From an uncultured Gammaproteobacteria bacterium (GTDB taxonomy: Bacteria > Pseudomonadota > Gammaproteobacteria > Pseudomonadales > JAHEGP01): 64,000 nucleotides of DNA. The stretch is taken from the NCBI GenBank assembly GCA_963792875.1, contig CAWBXV010000001.1:116661-180660 (forward strand). Reading direction: 5' to 3'. Below the pieces are notes generated by a model. It searched no databases, was not told where the DNA came from, and saw nothing but the letters and a program-made list of their open reading frames with translations. Below, piece after piece: positions 52,074 through 62,170 of the stretch (the stretch's first letter is position 1; each line of letters starts with the position of its first letter). Position numbers and translations under genes: made by a program.

Positions 52074-53183
52074 TCAGAGACGCCCGCGCAACAGCGCCAG
52101 CATGCGCCGCAGAGGCTCCGCCGCCCCCCACAACAGTTGATCCCCGACGGTGAATGCGGACAGATAGTCCGGCCCCATGCTGAGCTTGCGCAGGCGCCCC
52201 ACCGGGATGCTCAAGGTACCGGTCACCGCCGCAGGCGTCAGCGCCGCCAGCGTATCGGGGCGGTGGTTCGGCACCACACTGACCCACGGGTTGCCGCCGG
52301 CGATGAGCGCTTCGACCTCGTCCAGGGCTACCGCGCGCTTCAGCTTGATGGTGAGAGCCTGGCTATGGCAGCGCATGGCGCCAATGCGCACACAGTTGCC
52401 ATCAACGGCGACCGGCGAGGCCAGCCCCAGGATCTTGTTGGTCTCGGCCTGCCCCTTCCACTCCTCGCGGCTCTGACCGTTGGGCAGTTCCACGTCGATC
52501 CAGGGCAGCAGGCTGCCCGCCAGCGGCGCACCGAATTGCTGCACCGGAAAGTCCGCAGCGCGCATGGCCGCCGCGACCCGCCGATCGATTTCCAGTATGC
52601 TGGACGCCGGGTCCTGCAGGGGCTGCGCCACGGCTGCGTGAATCGCCCCCATCTGCGCGATCAGCTCGCGCATATTCTGGGCTCCGGCGCCGGAAGCCGC
52701 CTGATAGGTCTGCGAATTCACCCACTCCACCAGCCCGGCCCTGAACAGGCCGCCGATCGCCATCAGCATCAGGCTGACGGTGCAGTTGCCGCCCACAAAG
52801 GTCTTGACGCCGCTCGCCAGCGCGCGCTCGAGCAGAGGTCCGTTCACCGGGTCGAGCACAATGACGGCGCTGTCATCCATGCGCAGGGCCGAGGCCGCAT
52901 CGATCCAATAGCCCTGCCAGCCACGCTCGCGCAGCTGCGGATAGACCGCCTTGGTGTAATCGCCGCCCTGGCAGGTCACCACCACATCCTGCGCCTGCAG
53001 CGCGTCGAGGTCGTCGGCAGCGCGCAAGGCGCTGCAGCCCTGCCCCACGTCGGGCCCGGCGCCGCCGACGTTGGACGTGGTAAAAAACGTGGCGTCCAGC
53101 CCTGCGAAGTCACCCTCGGCGCTCATGCGCTCGAGCAGCACCGAGCCCACCATGCCGCGCCACCCTACGAATCCGGTCTTCAC
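52074..53183 (-). CDS. asd: aspartate-semialdehyde dehydrogenase
   Basis: Collinear with E. coli Asd ([14 protein letters not shown]...[11 protein letters not shown]...QAETNKIL...[13 protein letters not shown]). GTG 53183 aligns with the E. coli Met1 and has AGAGG 9 nt upstream. Confidence 0.95.
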   Translation of the reverse strand: MKTGFVGWRGMVGSVLLERMSAEGDFAGLDATFFTTSNVGGAGPDVGQGCSALRAADDLDALQAQDVVVTCQGGDYTKAVYPQLRERGWQGYWIDAASALRMDDSAVIVLDPVNGPLLERALASGVKTFVGGNCTVSLMLMAIGGLFRAGLVEWVNSQTYQAASGAGAQNMRELIAQMGAIHAAVAQPLQDPASSILEIDRRVAAAMRAADFPVQQFGAPLAGSLLPWIDVELPNGQSREEWKGQAETNKILGLASPVAVDGNCVRIGAMRCHSQALTIKLKRAVALDEVEALIAGGNPWVSVVPNHRPDTLAALTPAAVTGTLSIPVGRLRKLSMGPDYLSAFTVGDQLLWGAAEPLRRMLALLRGRL

Positions 53184-53234
53184 TCTCAATCGCCTCTGAT
53201 TACCTGACTGTCAATTGGACAACTTACCCGGGCG

Positions 53235-54317
53235 TCAATTAGACAACGCCGCGACCACGGCGTCACCCATTTCCTGCGTCGACACCAGCCGGGTACCGGG
53301 CGTGTGGATGTCCGCCGTGCGCAGGCCCTGCTCCAGCACCCGCCCCACCGCGGCTTCGACCGCGTCCGCCGCCGGCGCCGCCCGCAGCGAATAGCGCAGC
53401 AGCATCGCCGCGGACAGCACGGTCGCCAGCGGATTGGCCTTGCCCTGTCCGGCGATGTCGGGCGCCGAGCCGTGACAGGGTTCGTACATGCCGCGTCCGC
53501 GCTCGTCCAGGGACGCCGACGGCAGCATGCCGATGGACCCGGTCAGCATGGCCGCCTCGTCAGAGAGAATGTCGCCGAACAGGTTGCCGGTCAGGATGAC
53601 ATCGAACTGCTTGGGGGCGCGCACCAGCTGCATGGCGGCATTGTCGACGTACATGTGGCTCAGCTCGACATCCGGATACTCGCGCGCGCCCAGCTCCGCG
53701 ACCACCTCCCGCCAGAGCGCCGTGACCTCCAGCACGTTGGCCTTGTCCACCGAGCACACCCGGCCGCTGCGCTGACGCGCCGAGGTAAAGGCGAGGCGGG
53801 CGATGCGGCGGATTTCCGACTCGCTGTAGACATAGGTGTTGTAGCCCTGGCGCTGGCCGTCCTCCAGAGTGCGCACGCCGCGCGGCTGCCCGAAGTAGAT
53901 GCCGCCGGTGAGTTCACGCACGATCAGGATGTCCAGTCCCGCCACGACCTCCGGCTTCAGCGAGGAGGCGTCGGCCAGCTGTGGATAGAGAATCGCCGGC
54001 CGCAGATTGCCGAACAGGCCCAGGCCCGCGCGCAACTGCAGCAGGCCCTGCTCCGGCCGGATCTCGCGCGGCAGCTGGTCCCAGGCGGGGCCGCCGATGG
54101 CGCCGAACAGGATGGCGTCCGCCTGCGCCGCCGCGTCGAGCGTCGCCGCCGGCAGCGGCACGCCGCAGGCATCGATGGCCGCGCCGCCCAGCTTCGCCTC
54201 ATCGTAGCTCAATTGCAGCCCGTGCAGGCCCGCCGCCGCATCCAGCACCCGGTGGGCCTGGGCGAGCACCTCCGGCCCGATGCCGTCGCCGCCGATCAAC
54301 AGAATTCTGTGCTTCAT
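53235..54317 (-). CDS. leuB: 3-isopropylmalate dehydrogenase
   Basis: [17 protein letters not shown]...[26 protein letters not shown]...HGSAPDIAG. Start at ATG 54317. Confidence 0.95.
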   Translation of the reverse strand: MKHRILLIGGDGIGPEVLAQAHRVLDAAAGLHGLQLSYDEAKLGGAAIDACGVPLPAATLDAAAQADAILFGAIGGPAWDQLPREIRPEQGLLQLRAGLGLFGNLRPAILYPQLADASSLKPEVVAGLDILIVRELTGGIYFGQPRGVRTLEDGQRQGYNTYVYSESEIRRIARLAFTSARQRSGRVCSVDKANVLEVTALWREVVAELGAREYPDVELSHMYVDNAAMQLVRAPKQFDVILTGNLFGDILSDEAAMLTGSIGMLPSASLDERGRGMYEPCHGSAPDIAGQGKANPLATVLSAAMLLRYSLRAAPAADAVEAAVGRVLEQGLRTADIHTPGTRLVSTQEMGDAVVAALSN

Positions 54318-54350
54318 CTGACTCGCTCCCGTCACCAATAGACCGCTGGG

Positions 54351-54998
54351 CTAGCGGATTGCGCCGAACAGCCAGGGCGCCTGCTCCCGCCAGCGCTGCT
54401 CGAAGCCCCGGATGGCATCGGCATCCTGCAAGGTGATGCCGATATCGTCCAAGCCTTCCAGCAGGCACTCGCGCCGGAACGCATCGACCGCAAAGGGCAG
54501 TTCGGCGCCATCGGGGCTGCGCACGACCTGCTCGCGCAGATCGACCGTCAGCCGAAACCCGGGGCGCCGATAGAGCTCGCCGAACAGTTGCTCGACGGCC
54601 GCCTCGTCCAGCACCACTGGCAGGATGCCGTTCTTGAAACAGTTGTTGTAAAAGATATCGGCGAAACTGGGGGCGATCAGGCAGCGGATGCCGAAGTCCT
54701 CCAGCGCCCAGGGCGCGTGTTCCCGGCTGGAGCCGCAGCCGAAATTCTCGCGCGCCAGCAGGATGCTCGCGCCCCGATAGCGCTCCTGGTTGAGGGCGAA
54801 GTCCGGGTTCAACGGACGCCTGCTGCAGTCCTGGCCGGGTTGCCCCTCGTCGAGATAGCGCAGCTCGTCGAACAGATTGGGACCGAAGCCGCTGCGCTTG
54901 ATCGACTTCAGGAACTGCTTGGGGATAATCATATCGGTATCGACGTTGGCGCGATCCATGGGCGCCACGATGCCATCGAGTACGGTGAATGCCTTCAT
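54351..54998 (-). CDS. leuD: 3-isopropylmalate dehydratase small subunit
   Basis: [31 protein letters not shown]...[16 protein letters not shown]. Start at ATG 54998. Confidence 0.95.
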   Translation of the reverse strand: MKAFTVLDGIVAPMDRANVDTDMIIPKQFLKSIKRSGFGPNLFDELRYLDEGQPGQDCSRRPLNPDFALNQERYRGASILLARENFGCGSSREHAPWALEDFGIRCLIAPSFADIFYNNCFKNGILPVVLDEAAVEQLFGELYRRPGFRLTVDLREQVVRSPDGAELPFAVDAFRRECLLEGLDDIGITLQDADAIRGFEQRWREQAPWLFGAIR

Positions 54999-55011
54999 TG
55001 CCGCTGCTCCC

Positions 55012-56433
55012 TCAAATCCAGTCGCGCACATCGACGAAATGGCCCGCGATAGCCGCTGCCGCCGCCATCGGCGGGCTGACCAGGTGCGTGCGCCCGCCAA
55101 AGCCCTGGCGCCCCTCAAAATTCCTGTTGGACGTCGACGCGCAGTGCTCGCCCGCTCCCAGCTTGTCGGCATTCATCGCCAGGCACATCGAGCAGCCGGG
55201 CGCCCGCCACTCCAGCCCGGCTTCGGTAAAGACCCGGTCCAGCCCCTCCGCCTCGGCCTGCGCCTTGACCAGGCCGGACCCCGGCACCACCATGGCCTGC
55301 AGCACGGTCGACGCGACCCGCTTGCCGGCCACGACCGCCGCGGCGGCGCGCAGGTCCTCAATGCGTGAATTGGTGCAGGAGCCGATGAACACCCGGTCGA
55401 CGCGGATATCGGTCAACGCCGTGCCCGGCTGCAGCCCCATGTACTCCAGCGCCCGGCGGGCGGCCTCGCGCTTGACCGGCTGCTCGAAATCTTCCGGCGA
55501 CGGCACCCGCGCGTCCACGGGCAGCACCATCTCCGGGGAAGTGCCCCAGGTCACCTGCGGCGCGATCGCCGCCGCATCGAGCTCGACCACCGCATCGAAT
55601 GCCGCCCCGGGGTCGCTGTGCAGCGTCCGCCAGAAGGCTTCGGCGCGGTCCCAGGTCGCCCCGGTCGGAGCGAACGGCCGCCCCCTGACGTAGTCGATGG
55701 TGGTCTGATCGACCGCCACCATGCCGACCCGCGCGCCCGCCTCGATCGCCATATTGCACACCGTCATGCGGCCCTCGACGGACAGGCTGCGCACGGCGCT
55801 GCCGGCAAACTCGATGGCATAGCCGGAGCCACCGGCGGTGCCGATCCTGCCGATCACCGCCAGCACCAGGTCCTTGGCGGTGACGCCGGGCGCCAGCGCG
55901 CCCTCGACCCGCACCAGCATGTTCTTCATCTTTTTCTGGATGAGGCATTGCGTGGCCAGCACGTGTTCGACCTCGGAAGTGCCGATGCCGTGCGCCAGCG
56001 CACCCAGCGCCCCGTGGGTGGCGGTGTGCGAATCGCCGCACACCACGGTCATGCCCGGCAGCGTCGCGCCCTGCTCTGGCCCCACCACGTGCACGATGCC
56101 CTGGCGCCGATCATTGATGGCAAATTCCACCACGCCGAAGTCATCGCAGTTGGCGTCCAGCGTCTCGACCTGGATGCGCGAGATCTCGTCGGCGATGCCG
56201 GCCACGCCGGCGCTGCGCTCGACCAGGGTGGTGGGCACGTTGTGATCGGGCGTGGCCAGATTGGCGTCCCGTCGCCAGGGCCGGCGGCGCGCCAGACGCA
56301 GGCCCTCGAAGGCCTGCGGCGACGTCACCTCGTGGATCAGATGGCGGTCGATGTAGAGCAGCGCGGTGCCGTCCTCGCGCTGCTTGACCAGGTGGGACGC
56401 CCAGAGCTTGTCGTACAGGGTTTGCGCGGCCAT
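55012..56433 (-). CDS. leuC: 3-isopropylmalate dehydratase large subunit
   Basis: [16 protein letters not shown]...[15 protein letters not shown]...VCGDSHT...[11 protein letters not shown]...GCSMCLAMN (Fe-S ligands). Start at ATG 56433. Confidence 0.96.
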   Translation of the reverse strand: MAAQTLYDKLWASHLVKQREDGTALLYIDRHLIHEVTSPQAFEGLRLARRRPWRRDANLATPDHNVPTTLVERSAGVAGIADEISRIQVETLDANCDDFGVVEFAINDRRQGIVHVVGPEQGATLPGMTVVCGDSHTATHGALGALAHGIGTSEVEHVLATQCLIQKKMKNMLVRVEGALAPGVTAKDLVLAVIGRIGTAGGSGYAIEFAGSAVRSLSVEGRMTVCNMAIEAGARVGMVAVDQTTIDYVRGRPFAPTGATWDRAEAFWRTLHSDPGAAFDAVVELDAAAIAPQVTWGTSPEMVLPVDARVPSPEDFEQPVKREAARRALEYMGLQPGTALTDIRVDRVFIGSCTNSRIEDLRAAAAVVAGKRVASTVLQAMVVPGSGLVKAQAEAEGLDRVFTEAGLEWRAPGCSMCLAMNADKLGAGEHCASTSNRNFEGRQGFGGRTHLVSPPMAAAAAIAGHFVDVRDWI

Positions 56434-56533
56434 TGGACTCTCCTTTGCGCCTGTCGCGGTGGCGACTATCGCCGCAGGGACTATCGCCCCGGGACGATCG
56501 CAGCGCCAGCCGGGTGGCAAGAAACTTGCGGGC

Positions 56534-56555
56534 ATTGTAAAACCGCCATTACAAT
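56534..56555. promoter_or_regulatory. perfect 7-bp inverted repeat ATTGTAA-N8-TTACAAT (candidate LysR-type operator) in the leuC / LysR divergent intergenic region
   Basis: ATTGTAAaaccgccaTTACAAT at 56534-56555. A third half-site ATTGTAAT at 56592-56599 abuts the regulator start codon. Embedded in the only AT-rich stretch of the 167-bp gap. Confidence 0.5.
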
Positions 56556-56600
56556 AAAACAAATTCATATTATTTATCGACCCCATAACTAATTGTAATA

Positions 56601-57479
56601 GTGGATATTCAAGCCCTCATCGCCTTCATCGAGATCGCAGAATGCGGCTCCTTCTCGCTGGCGGCGCAGAATCTGCACCTGACGCAGCCGGCGGTGAGCA
56701 AGCGCATCGCCGGGCTGGAGAGCAGGCTGGGGGCCCGCCTGCTGGATCGGATCGGGCGCCGGGCCCGCCTGACTCAGGCGGGCGCACTGCTGCTGCCGCG
56801 CGCGCGGGCGATCGTGCGGGCGATGCAGCTGGCGGAGCAGGAGATCAGGGATCTCTCCGACACGGTGAGCGGCACGCTGCACCTGGCGACCAGCCACCAC
56901 ATCGGCCTGCACCGGCTGCCGCCGGTGCTGCGGGCATTTTCCGACCGCTACCCCGCGGTGCGGCTGAACATCGAGTTCACCGATTCAGAGAAAGCCCACG
57001 ACGCCGTATCCAGGGGCGAGATCGAGCTGGCGGTCATCACCTTGTCGCCGGAGGAATCCAGCCGCGTGGACGCCCGGCTGCTGTGGCACGATCCGCTGAG
57101 TTTTGTCGCGGCGCCCGATCACCCGCTGGCCGCGGCGGCGGCACTGAGCCTGCAGCAGCTGAGCGAGCACGCCAATGTGCTGCCGGGGCTCGACACCTAC
57201 ACCGGCCAGATCGTCAAGCGCCTGTTCGACGCCCATGGGCTGCCGCTCGATACGCTGATGGCCAGCAACTACATGGAGACCATCAAGATGATGGTGTCGG
57301 TGGGCCTGGGCTGGAGCGTGCTGCCGCGCAGCATGCTGGACAGCAGCCTGGCGGAGCTGCCCGTGCTGACCCCGGCCCTCAGCCGCCAGCTGGGCTATAT
57401 CAGCAACCGGCGCCACTCGCTGTCCAACGCCGCCAGCGCCTTCATCCAGCTGCTGCGGACCGCCGCGGCGCCGTCATGA
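56601..57479 (+). CDS. LysR-family transcriptional regulator (divergent from leuCDB)
   Basis: N-terminal w[45 protein letters not shown] and a C-terminal LysR substrate-binding domain. GTG start. Confidence 0.9.
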   Translation: MDIQALIAFIEIAECGSFSLAAQNLHLTQPAVSKRIAGLESRLGARLLDRIGRRARLTQAGALLLPRARAIVRAMQLAEQEIRDLSDTVSGTLHLATSHHIGLHRLPPVLRAFSDRYPAVRLNIEFTDSEKAHDAVSRGEIELAVITLSPEESSRVDARLLWHDPLSFVAAPDHPLAAAAALSLQQLSEHANVLPGLDTYTGQIVKRLFDAHGLPLDTLMASNYMETIKMMVSVGLGWSVLPRSMLDSSLAELPVLTPALSRQLGYISNRRHSLSNAASAFIQLLRTAAAPS

Positions 57480-57883
57480 TCCACCCGCAGATCGCAGCAG
57501 CGGCCGCCCGGCGCCGGTACCGCTGAGGTCACGCTCCCCGGGGCGTGGATTTCAGGCGTCGATACCCGTAGTCCAAGGGAGTCCGGGGCTGCGCCTGAGC
57601 GCCGGTCGGACGCGCGCAGCTTCACGATACCGCGACGCCGAATAAAGCATAACGCGCGGGAACAGAAACGACGGCACGCCGCTCACCCGAGTCATCGAGC
57701 CTCGCCGGAGCTGCAGGCGAACTCTGGTCCTGGGGTATCGCGCGCGGTCATGTGAGCTCCCTCCGGTTGGTGGTATTGGCCGTGTGCCGTGGTGGGACAT
57801 ATGCGGGATAAACAGTCGGCTTGTCGACTGTCTGCAGCGAAGCACAATTCCCGGGTGCGGGCAATGGCCGCTCGTCTCGGGGT

Positions 57884-59266
57884 TTAGCGCGCCCGCCATC
57901 TACCAGCGGTGACGCGCCACAAGCCGGTGAGCAGCATGGCCAGCAACAGGGCGGCGGCGGACAGGGGAAAGCACAGGGCAATGGCCAGCATCACGCACCA
58001 CACCAGCCAATAGTCGAAGGGGCGCGCTGTGGGGGGCGTTAACGAAAAGCGGCCGCTGGATGGACGGCGTTGCCACCACATCGTCACGCCACTGCCAATC
58101 AAGGCGATAACCAGCAGAACCAGCAACAGATTGAGGCACCAGTTCCACAGCCCCAGGTCGCCCTGGTGCAGGGGGATGGACGCCGCCATGGCCATGCCCA
58201 GCGCGGGGTAGTCCGCAAAGGCCAGCGTCGCCAACACCCTGCCGCTGGCCGGATCGAGGTGTACGGTGCGTTCCCGCCAGGGATTGGTGATGTCGCCGGC
58301 AATGGTGGTCGCGGATATCGTCCAGACACCGTGGGCGCCCTGTGGCAGGTGTACGCGGTAGTGGTCGAAACCCCGCTGGCGGGCAACGCGCACCACCGCG
58401 TCCAGGTCGAGGGCGGGTGCCGCCCCGCTGCCCAGGGGCATCGGGGTTTGCTCAACGGCCCAGGGCACCCGGTGCACACCGTGTTGGTTCATCGACTGGT
58501 GGGATTGTTCGGCCTGCGGCTCGAAGCGCGTACCGGGTACCGAGTTCCAGGCCTGTACCAGTTTGCCGCCCCAGAGATTGGTCCAGGCGAGGCCGGACGC
58601 CAGAAAAAACAGCAGCGGTAGCGCGACACCGAAGCCGATGAGCCGGTGCAGTCGCCGCCAGCGGTTGCGCCGCGCGACCGGCTGGACAGTGTCGCTTGGC
58701 CGGGGATTTCCGTTGCAGGCGAGGTAGAGCCCGGTGATGAGCATCAGGATGCCCAACCCGGCGGCCGTCTCGAGCAAGGCGTCGCCGAGATCGCCCAGCA
58801 ACAGGCTGCCGTGGAAGGCCTTGAACCGTGCATACCAGGACTGTGCCGCATCCAGGGTGCCGAGTACTTCGCCGCTGTACGGGTCCACGTATACCGTGGT
58901 GCTCGCTGCGTCGTGTCCACCGTGCCCCCCGTGATCACCGTCGACCAGGCTGAATCGCGCCGCCTGGGTCGCCGCGTGCCCCGGCAGGTAGAGTTGCACG
59001 GTGGCATCCGGGAACTGCTTGCGCACCGCGGCGTGTAAGGCCGACGCGGGACGTGGTTCCCCCGAGGCTTGCACGGTGCTCAGGTCCCGCTGCAGGTAGT
59101 GCTCCGCGGGCTTGCTGAGCAGCATCAGCAAGCCGCTGATCGAGAGCGTCAGCAAAAACGGAATCACGAACAGTCCGGCGTGGAAGTGCCAGCGCCACAC
59201 CGCTCGGTAGAATCCCTCGTGCTGCGTGACCGGGGCGTTGTTTGGGGTATGCGTCGCGTTGTTCAC
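57884..59266 (-). CDS. PepSY-associated TM-helix protein (PiuB-like inner-membrane protein)
   Basis: 460 aa. FYRAVWRWHFHAGLFVIPFLL is the typical N-terminus of PepSY_TM proteins, with four TM helices. Immediately downstream of a TonB-dependent receptor gene. GTG start. Confidence 0.8.
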   Translation of the reverse strand: MNNATHTPNNAPVTQHEGFYRAVWRWHFHAGLFVIPFLLTLSISGLLMLLSKPAEHYLQRDLSTVQASGEPRPASALHAAVRKQFPDATVQLYLPGHAATQAARFSLVDGDHGGHGGHDAASTTVYVDPYSGEVLGTLDAAQSWYARFKAFHGSLLLGDLGDALLETAAGLGILMLITGLYLACNGNPRPSDTVQPVARRNRWRRLHRLIGFGVALPLLFFLASGLAWTNLWGGKLVQAWNSVPGTRFEPQAEQSHQSMNQHGVHRVPWAVEQTPMPLGSGAAPALDLDAVVRVARQRGFDHYRVHLPQGAHGVWTISATTIAGDITNPWRERTVHLDPASGRVLATLAFADYPALGMAMAASIPLHQGDLGLWNWCLNLLLVLLVIALIGSGVTMWWQRRPSSGRFSLTPPTARPFDYWLVWCVMLAIALCFPLSAAALLLAMLLTGLWRVTAGRWRAR

Positions 59267-59330
59267 AGTCTCGACCCTGCCGGAATGCGGTGTGGTGCGG
59301 CGTTCTGGCGGGACACCGTGCCACGCCCGT

Positions 59331-61421
59331 CTAGAATTGCAGTTTCACACCCACGTAGGCCGCGCGAGGCTCTCCAGGGATCAGGATGGCGGCGTCTGGC
59401 GCGGCCGTATCCTTGACACTGAACTGCGACACATAGTCCTCGTCCGTCAGGTTGCGGAATTCTCCCCACAGTTCCCAACGCTCCCGGGTGTAGCCGATCC
59501 GCAGCCCCAGCAGTTCGTAGCCGTCGACCTCGTAGGTGTTGCTGAAGTCCGCGTAGCGCTCGTCGACGATGTCGATGGTCGGGCCCATGAAAAATCCGCT
59601 CACGTGGCGGTACAGGAGCTGGCCATTGACGAAATAGCCCGGCGCCGCGGGCAGCTCGTTGTCCCCGTAGAGGGGGTCGTCGTCGAAGTAAAAGTGGTTG
59701 ATAGTCAGGTTGAGCCGGGGTTCCAGACGGTGCACTGCACCGGCGCCCAGCGCGAAACTGGCGCCGAACAGGGTCTCCAGGCCGGCGTGGATGGTCGTGT
59801 CCACATTGGTGGAGAGGCTGGTGCCCGGCGCGGCGGGGTCGTCCTTGGAGAGAATCTCGTCCTTCAGGTCCGCGTAGTACAGGGCGACGTCCCAGTACCA
59901 ACTGCTGGCGCGACCGAAGGCCTGGTTGCCCCGGCTGCCGATCTCGTAGACGATACCGTGCATGGCGTCGAGGGTTTCCTCGTTACCGCGCGCGTCGTCT
60001 TCCAACTCGTAGTTGGTCGGAGGCTCGTAGAGCTTGCTGACGTTGGCGAACAGTTCCACGTCGGGGGTCGGCTGGAAGATCAAACCCGCGCGGGGATTGA
60101 TACTGTCGTAGTCCGCGTCGGGATTGCGTACCTCGCCGGAGGGCACAGCGGTGTTGTGCACCTCGCGGTTGGCCCAAACCACCTGAGCACCGTAAACCGC
60201 AGTCCAGCGGGGCGCGAACTGCCAGCGATCCACCAGGAACAACTCCAGGCTGTCGGCACTGTTGTCGACCCGGGTCGAGAGGTCGAGGCGGCGGCCGTCC
60301 TCGTGGCTGTAGTTGCCGCCTTCCACCTCGCTCTGGCCGTAGTCCAGGCCCAGCAGCAGGTCGTGAGGGCCCGCGAGCAGGTTGTAGCGCACCGACACGC
60401 CGGCGTTGCGCTGCTCGGTGTCGATCAACAGGCTGAAGAACGGGCTGTAGACGATGGGGTGATAGAGATCCTGCTCCTCGTAGGACAGGCCCAGGGTCAG
60501 GCTGCTGTTGGCGGTGGGCTCCCAGGTGGTGCGATTAGCGATGCGCCAGGTCTCGACGTTCAACTGGAAGTTGCCGAGCAGGTTGTCGGGATTGGCCTGC
60601 TCCGGGTCGTCCTCCCACTGCGCCCGGGTCAGGCCCCCGGGCAGGTCCTGGTCGTTATTGATGTAGCTCAGGTAGAGGCGGGTATTGGCCGTGTCGGCGA
60701 ATTGCCAGCCGCCGTTGGCGTAGACGCTCTGGCGGTCCTGGGTCTGGTGTTCCCGGTAGCCGTCCCAGTGCCGGGCCTCCACGGTGACCAGGCCATCGAA
60801 ACTGCCCGCCACGGTGCCCGCGCTGACCTGGCCCTGTACCTGGTCGAAGCTGCCTCCGGTCAGGTAGAGTTCCAGCGGCGCCTTGTCCCGGGCCGTGGGC
60901 GTAATGAAATTGATTGCGCCGCCCAGGGTGCTGGCCCCGTAGCTCAGGGCGTTGGCGCCCCGGGCGACGAGGGCATAGCTGGTACTCAGGGGATCGACGT
61001 CGCGGTTGTGGTTGTTGCCGTCTGCGGCAGTGATCGGCAGGCCGTCCTGCAGCAACTTGACACCATTGCCGTCGTAATTGGTGGCATCGAGGTTGGAACC
61101 GCGGATCGACAGGTAGGTGGAGTCCCCGGTGGAGCCGCTGGTGGCCCAGACCCCGGGCACGTAACGCAGCATATCCGCCATGTTCGATGCGTTGCGCTGG
61201 TACAGCTCCGCGCTGTCGATCAGCGATACACCCCCCGGGATCAGTGCCTGCTCGGCTGCCAGTGTGCTCCTGGGCTGTTGTGCGTAGACGTGCACGGTTT
61301 CGAGACGGGTGGAGTCCTTGGCCTGTTTGGCGTCGTGATTGGCAGGATCAGCGAACGCAGTACCGATGGTGAGGCAGAGTACGATCCAGGTGCCGCGTCG
61401 TACAGGGTGGCATAACCGCAT
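59331..61421 (-). CDS. TonB-dependent outer-membrane receptor (metal/siderophore-type)
   Basis: 696 aa. Signal peptide ending TAFA-DP, plug domain (LETVHVYAQQ...GGVSLIDSAEL...RYVPGV...LSIRGS), a beta-barrel and a terminal aromatic residue (VGVKLQF). Confidence 0.9.
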   Translation of the reverse strand: MRLCHPVRRGTWIVLCLTIGTAFADPANHDAKQAKDSTRLETVHVYAQQPRSTLAAEQALIPGGVSLIDSAELYQRNASNMADMLRYVPGVWATSGSTGDSTYLSIRGSNLDATNYDGNGVKLLQDGLPITAADGNNHNRDVDPLSTSYALVARGANALSYGASTLGGAINFITPTARDKAPLELYLTGGSFDQVQGQVSAGTVAGSFDGLVTVEARHWDGYREHQTQDRQSVYANGGWQFADTANTRLYLSYINNDQDLPGGLTRAQWEDDPEQANPDNLLGNFQLNVETWRIANRTTWEPTANSSLTLGLSYEEQDLYHPIVYSPFFSLLIDTEQRNAGVSVRYNLLAGPHDLLLGLDYGQSEVEGGNYSHEDGRRLDLSTRVDNSADSLELFLVDRWQFAPRWTAVYGAQVVWANREVHNTAVPSGEVRNPDADYDSINPRAGLIFQPTPDVELFANVSKLYEPPTNYELEDDARGNEETLDAMHGIVYEIGSRGNQAFGRASSWYWDVALYYADLKDEILSKDDPAAPGTSLSTNVDTTIHAGLETLFGASFALGAGAVHRLEPRLNLTINHFYFDDDPLYGDNELPAAPGYFVNGQLLYRHVSGFFMGPTIDIVDERYADFSNTYEVDGYELLGLRIGYTRERWELWGEFRNLTDEDYVSQFSVKDTAAPDAAILIPGEPRAAYVGVKLQF

Positions 61422-61659
61422 GGGGTGGTCCAGTTCCTGTTTCCGGGGATGGGCTTCGATGGGTGCGCAAGTCTAGCGGAATGGCCGTGCCGCCAACATG
61501 TGACAAATGGTCGCAGTGGCCGCCCGATAGAAGCGATTGCGCAGATGCCGGAACTGGCCTGTGGACAGGGGGTCGCAAGCGTTGCAAATCCAGCAATAGT
61601 CATAGTCGATTGCCCCTTGAGTCGATTGAGACCGGTAAACGGCATGCACCATTATCCGG

Positions 61660-62170
61660 GGGCAATCTGAAATCAATCTGAACGTAAGGCGTTGTGCTGC
61701 GGCGTCAAGCGGGTTCCAAATTGACGAACAATTGGTCGTAGCGCCGTACTTGCAGGCTTCGCACCCAACGTGGGGGCCGCCTGGGGTCAAGGGTGATCGA
61801 GCGCGTGCGATCCAGCCGGATCGCATCGGGCTGCTCGAGCTTGTCCGGGTCGCGATTGCCCGCCGCCCAGAACAGCAGCAGCATTGCACCCGCCGGGATG
61901 TCGGCCCCGCCAAGGCTCGCGCTTGCGGGAACAGCGCGCAAATGACCGGAACGGCGTCTCCAGGCGCAGTACTTCCTCGACGAAGGCGGCGACCTGTACC
62001 GGGTTGTCGCGCAGCGTCGCTTGCAAGGACTGCTCCCGGGCCAGGGTCTGTACCGCGCTGCCGATCAGGCTGGTGGTCGATTCGCCGCCTGCCGCGAGAA
62101 GCAGGAACAATAGCGCCACCGCGACGTCACTGGTGGTCGCCCGGGTTTCCACAGCGATCCGGAGTGCCCC
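61660..62170 (-). pseudogene. cytochrome P450 remnant (C-terminal half only, multiple frameshifts, 5' part removed at the IS boundary)
   Basis: P450 motifs are spread over three minus-strand frames: I-helix LLLAAGGESTTSLIG and K-helix FVEEVLRLETPFR (ORF 61787..62152), GGADIPAGAMLLLFWAAGNRDP (ORF 61705..61941), and a degenerate heme loop PGGPHVGCEA (ORF 61473..61913). The lower boundary is approximate. Confidence 0.6.

Noticed and set aside
57692-57751. 19-codon minus-strand ORF (MTARDTPGPEFACSSGEAR) with a GGAGGG Shine-Dalgarno
   Set aside because: Too short and featureless to support from sequence alone, and no paralogue in the window. Kept only as a note inside the intergenic-gap finding.
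61422-61700. Fur box or cobalamin riboswitch upstream of the TonB-dependent receptor
   Set aside because: The quasi-palindrome GCAATAGTCATAGTCGATTGC matches the Fur consensus GATAATGATAATCATTATC poorly. A GCCACTG heptamer is present, but the B12-box and other conserved cobalamin-riboswitch elements are not. The receptor (696 aa, PepSY partner) is not BtuB-like.
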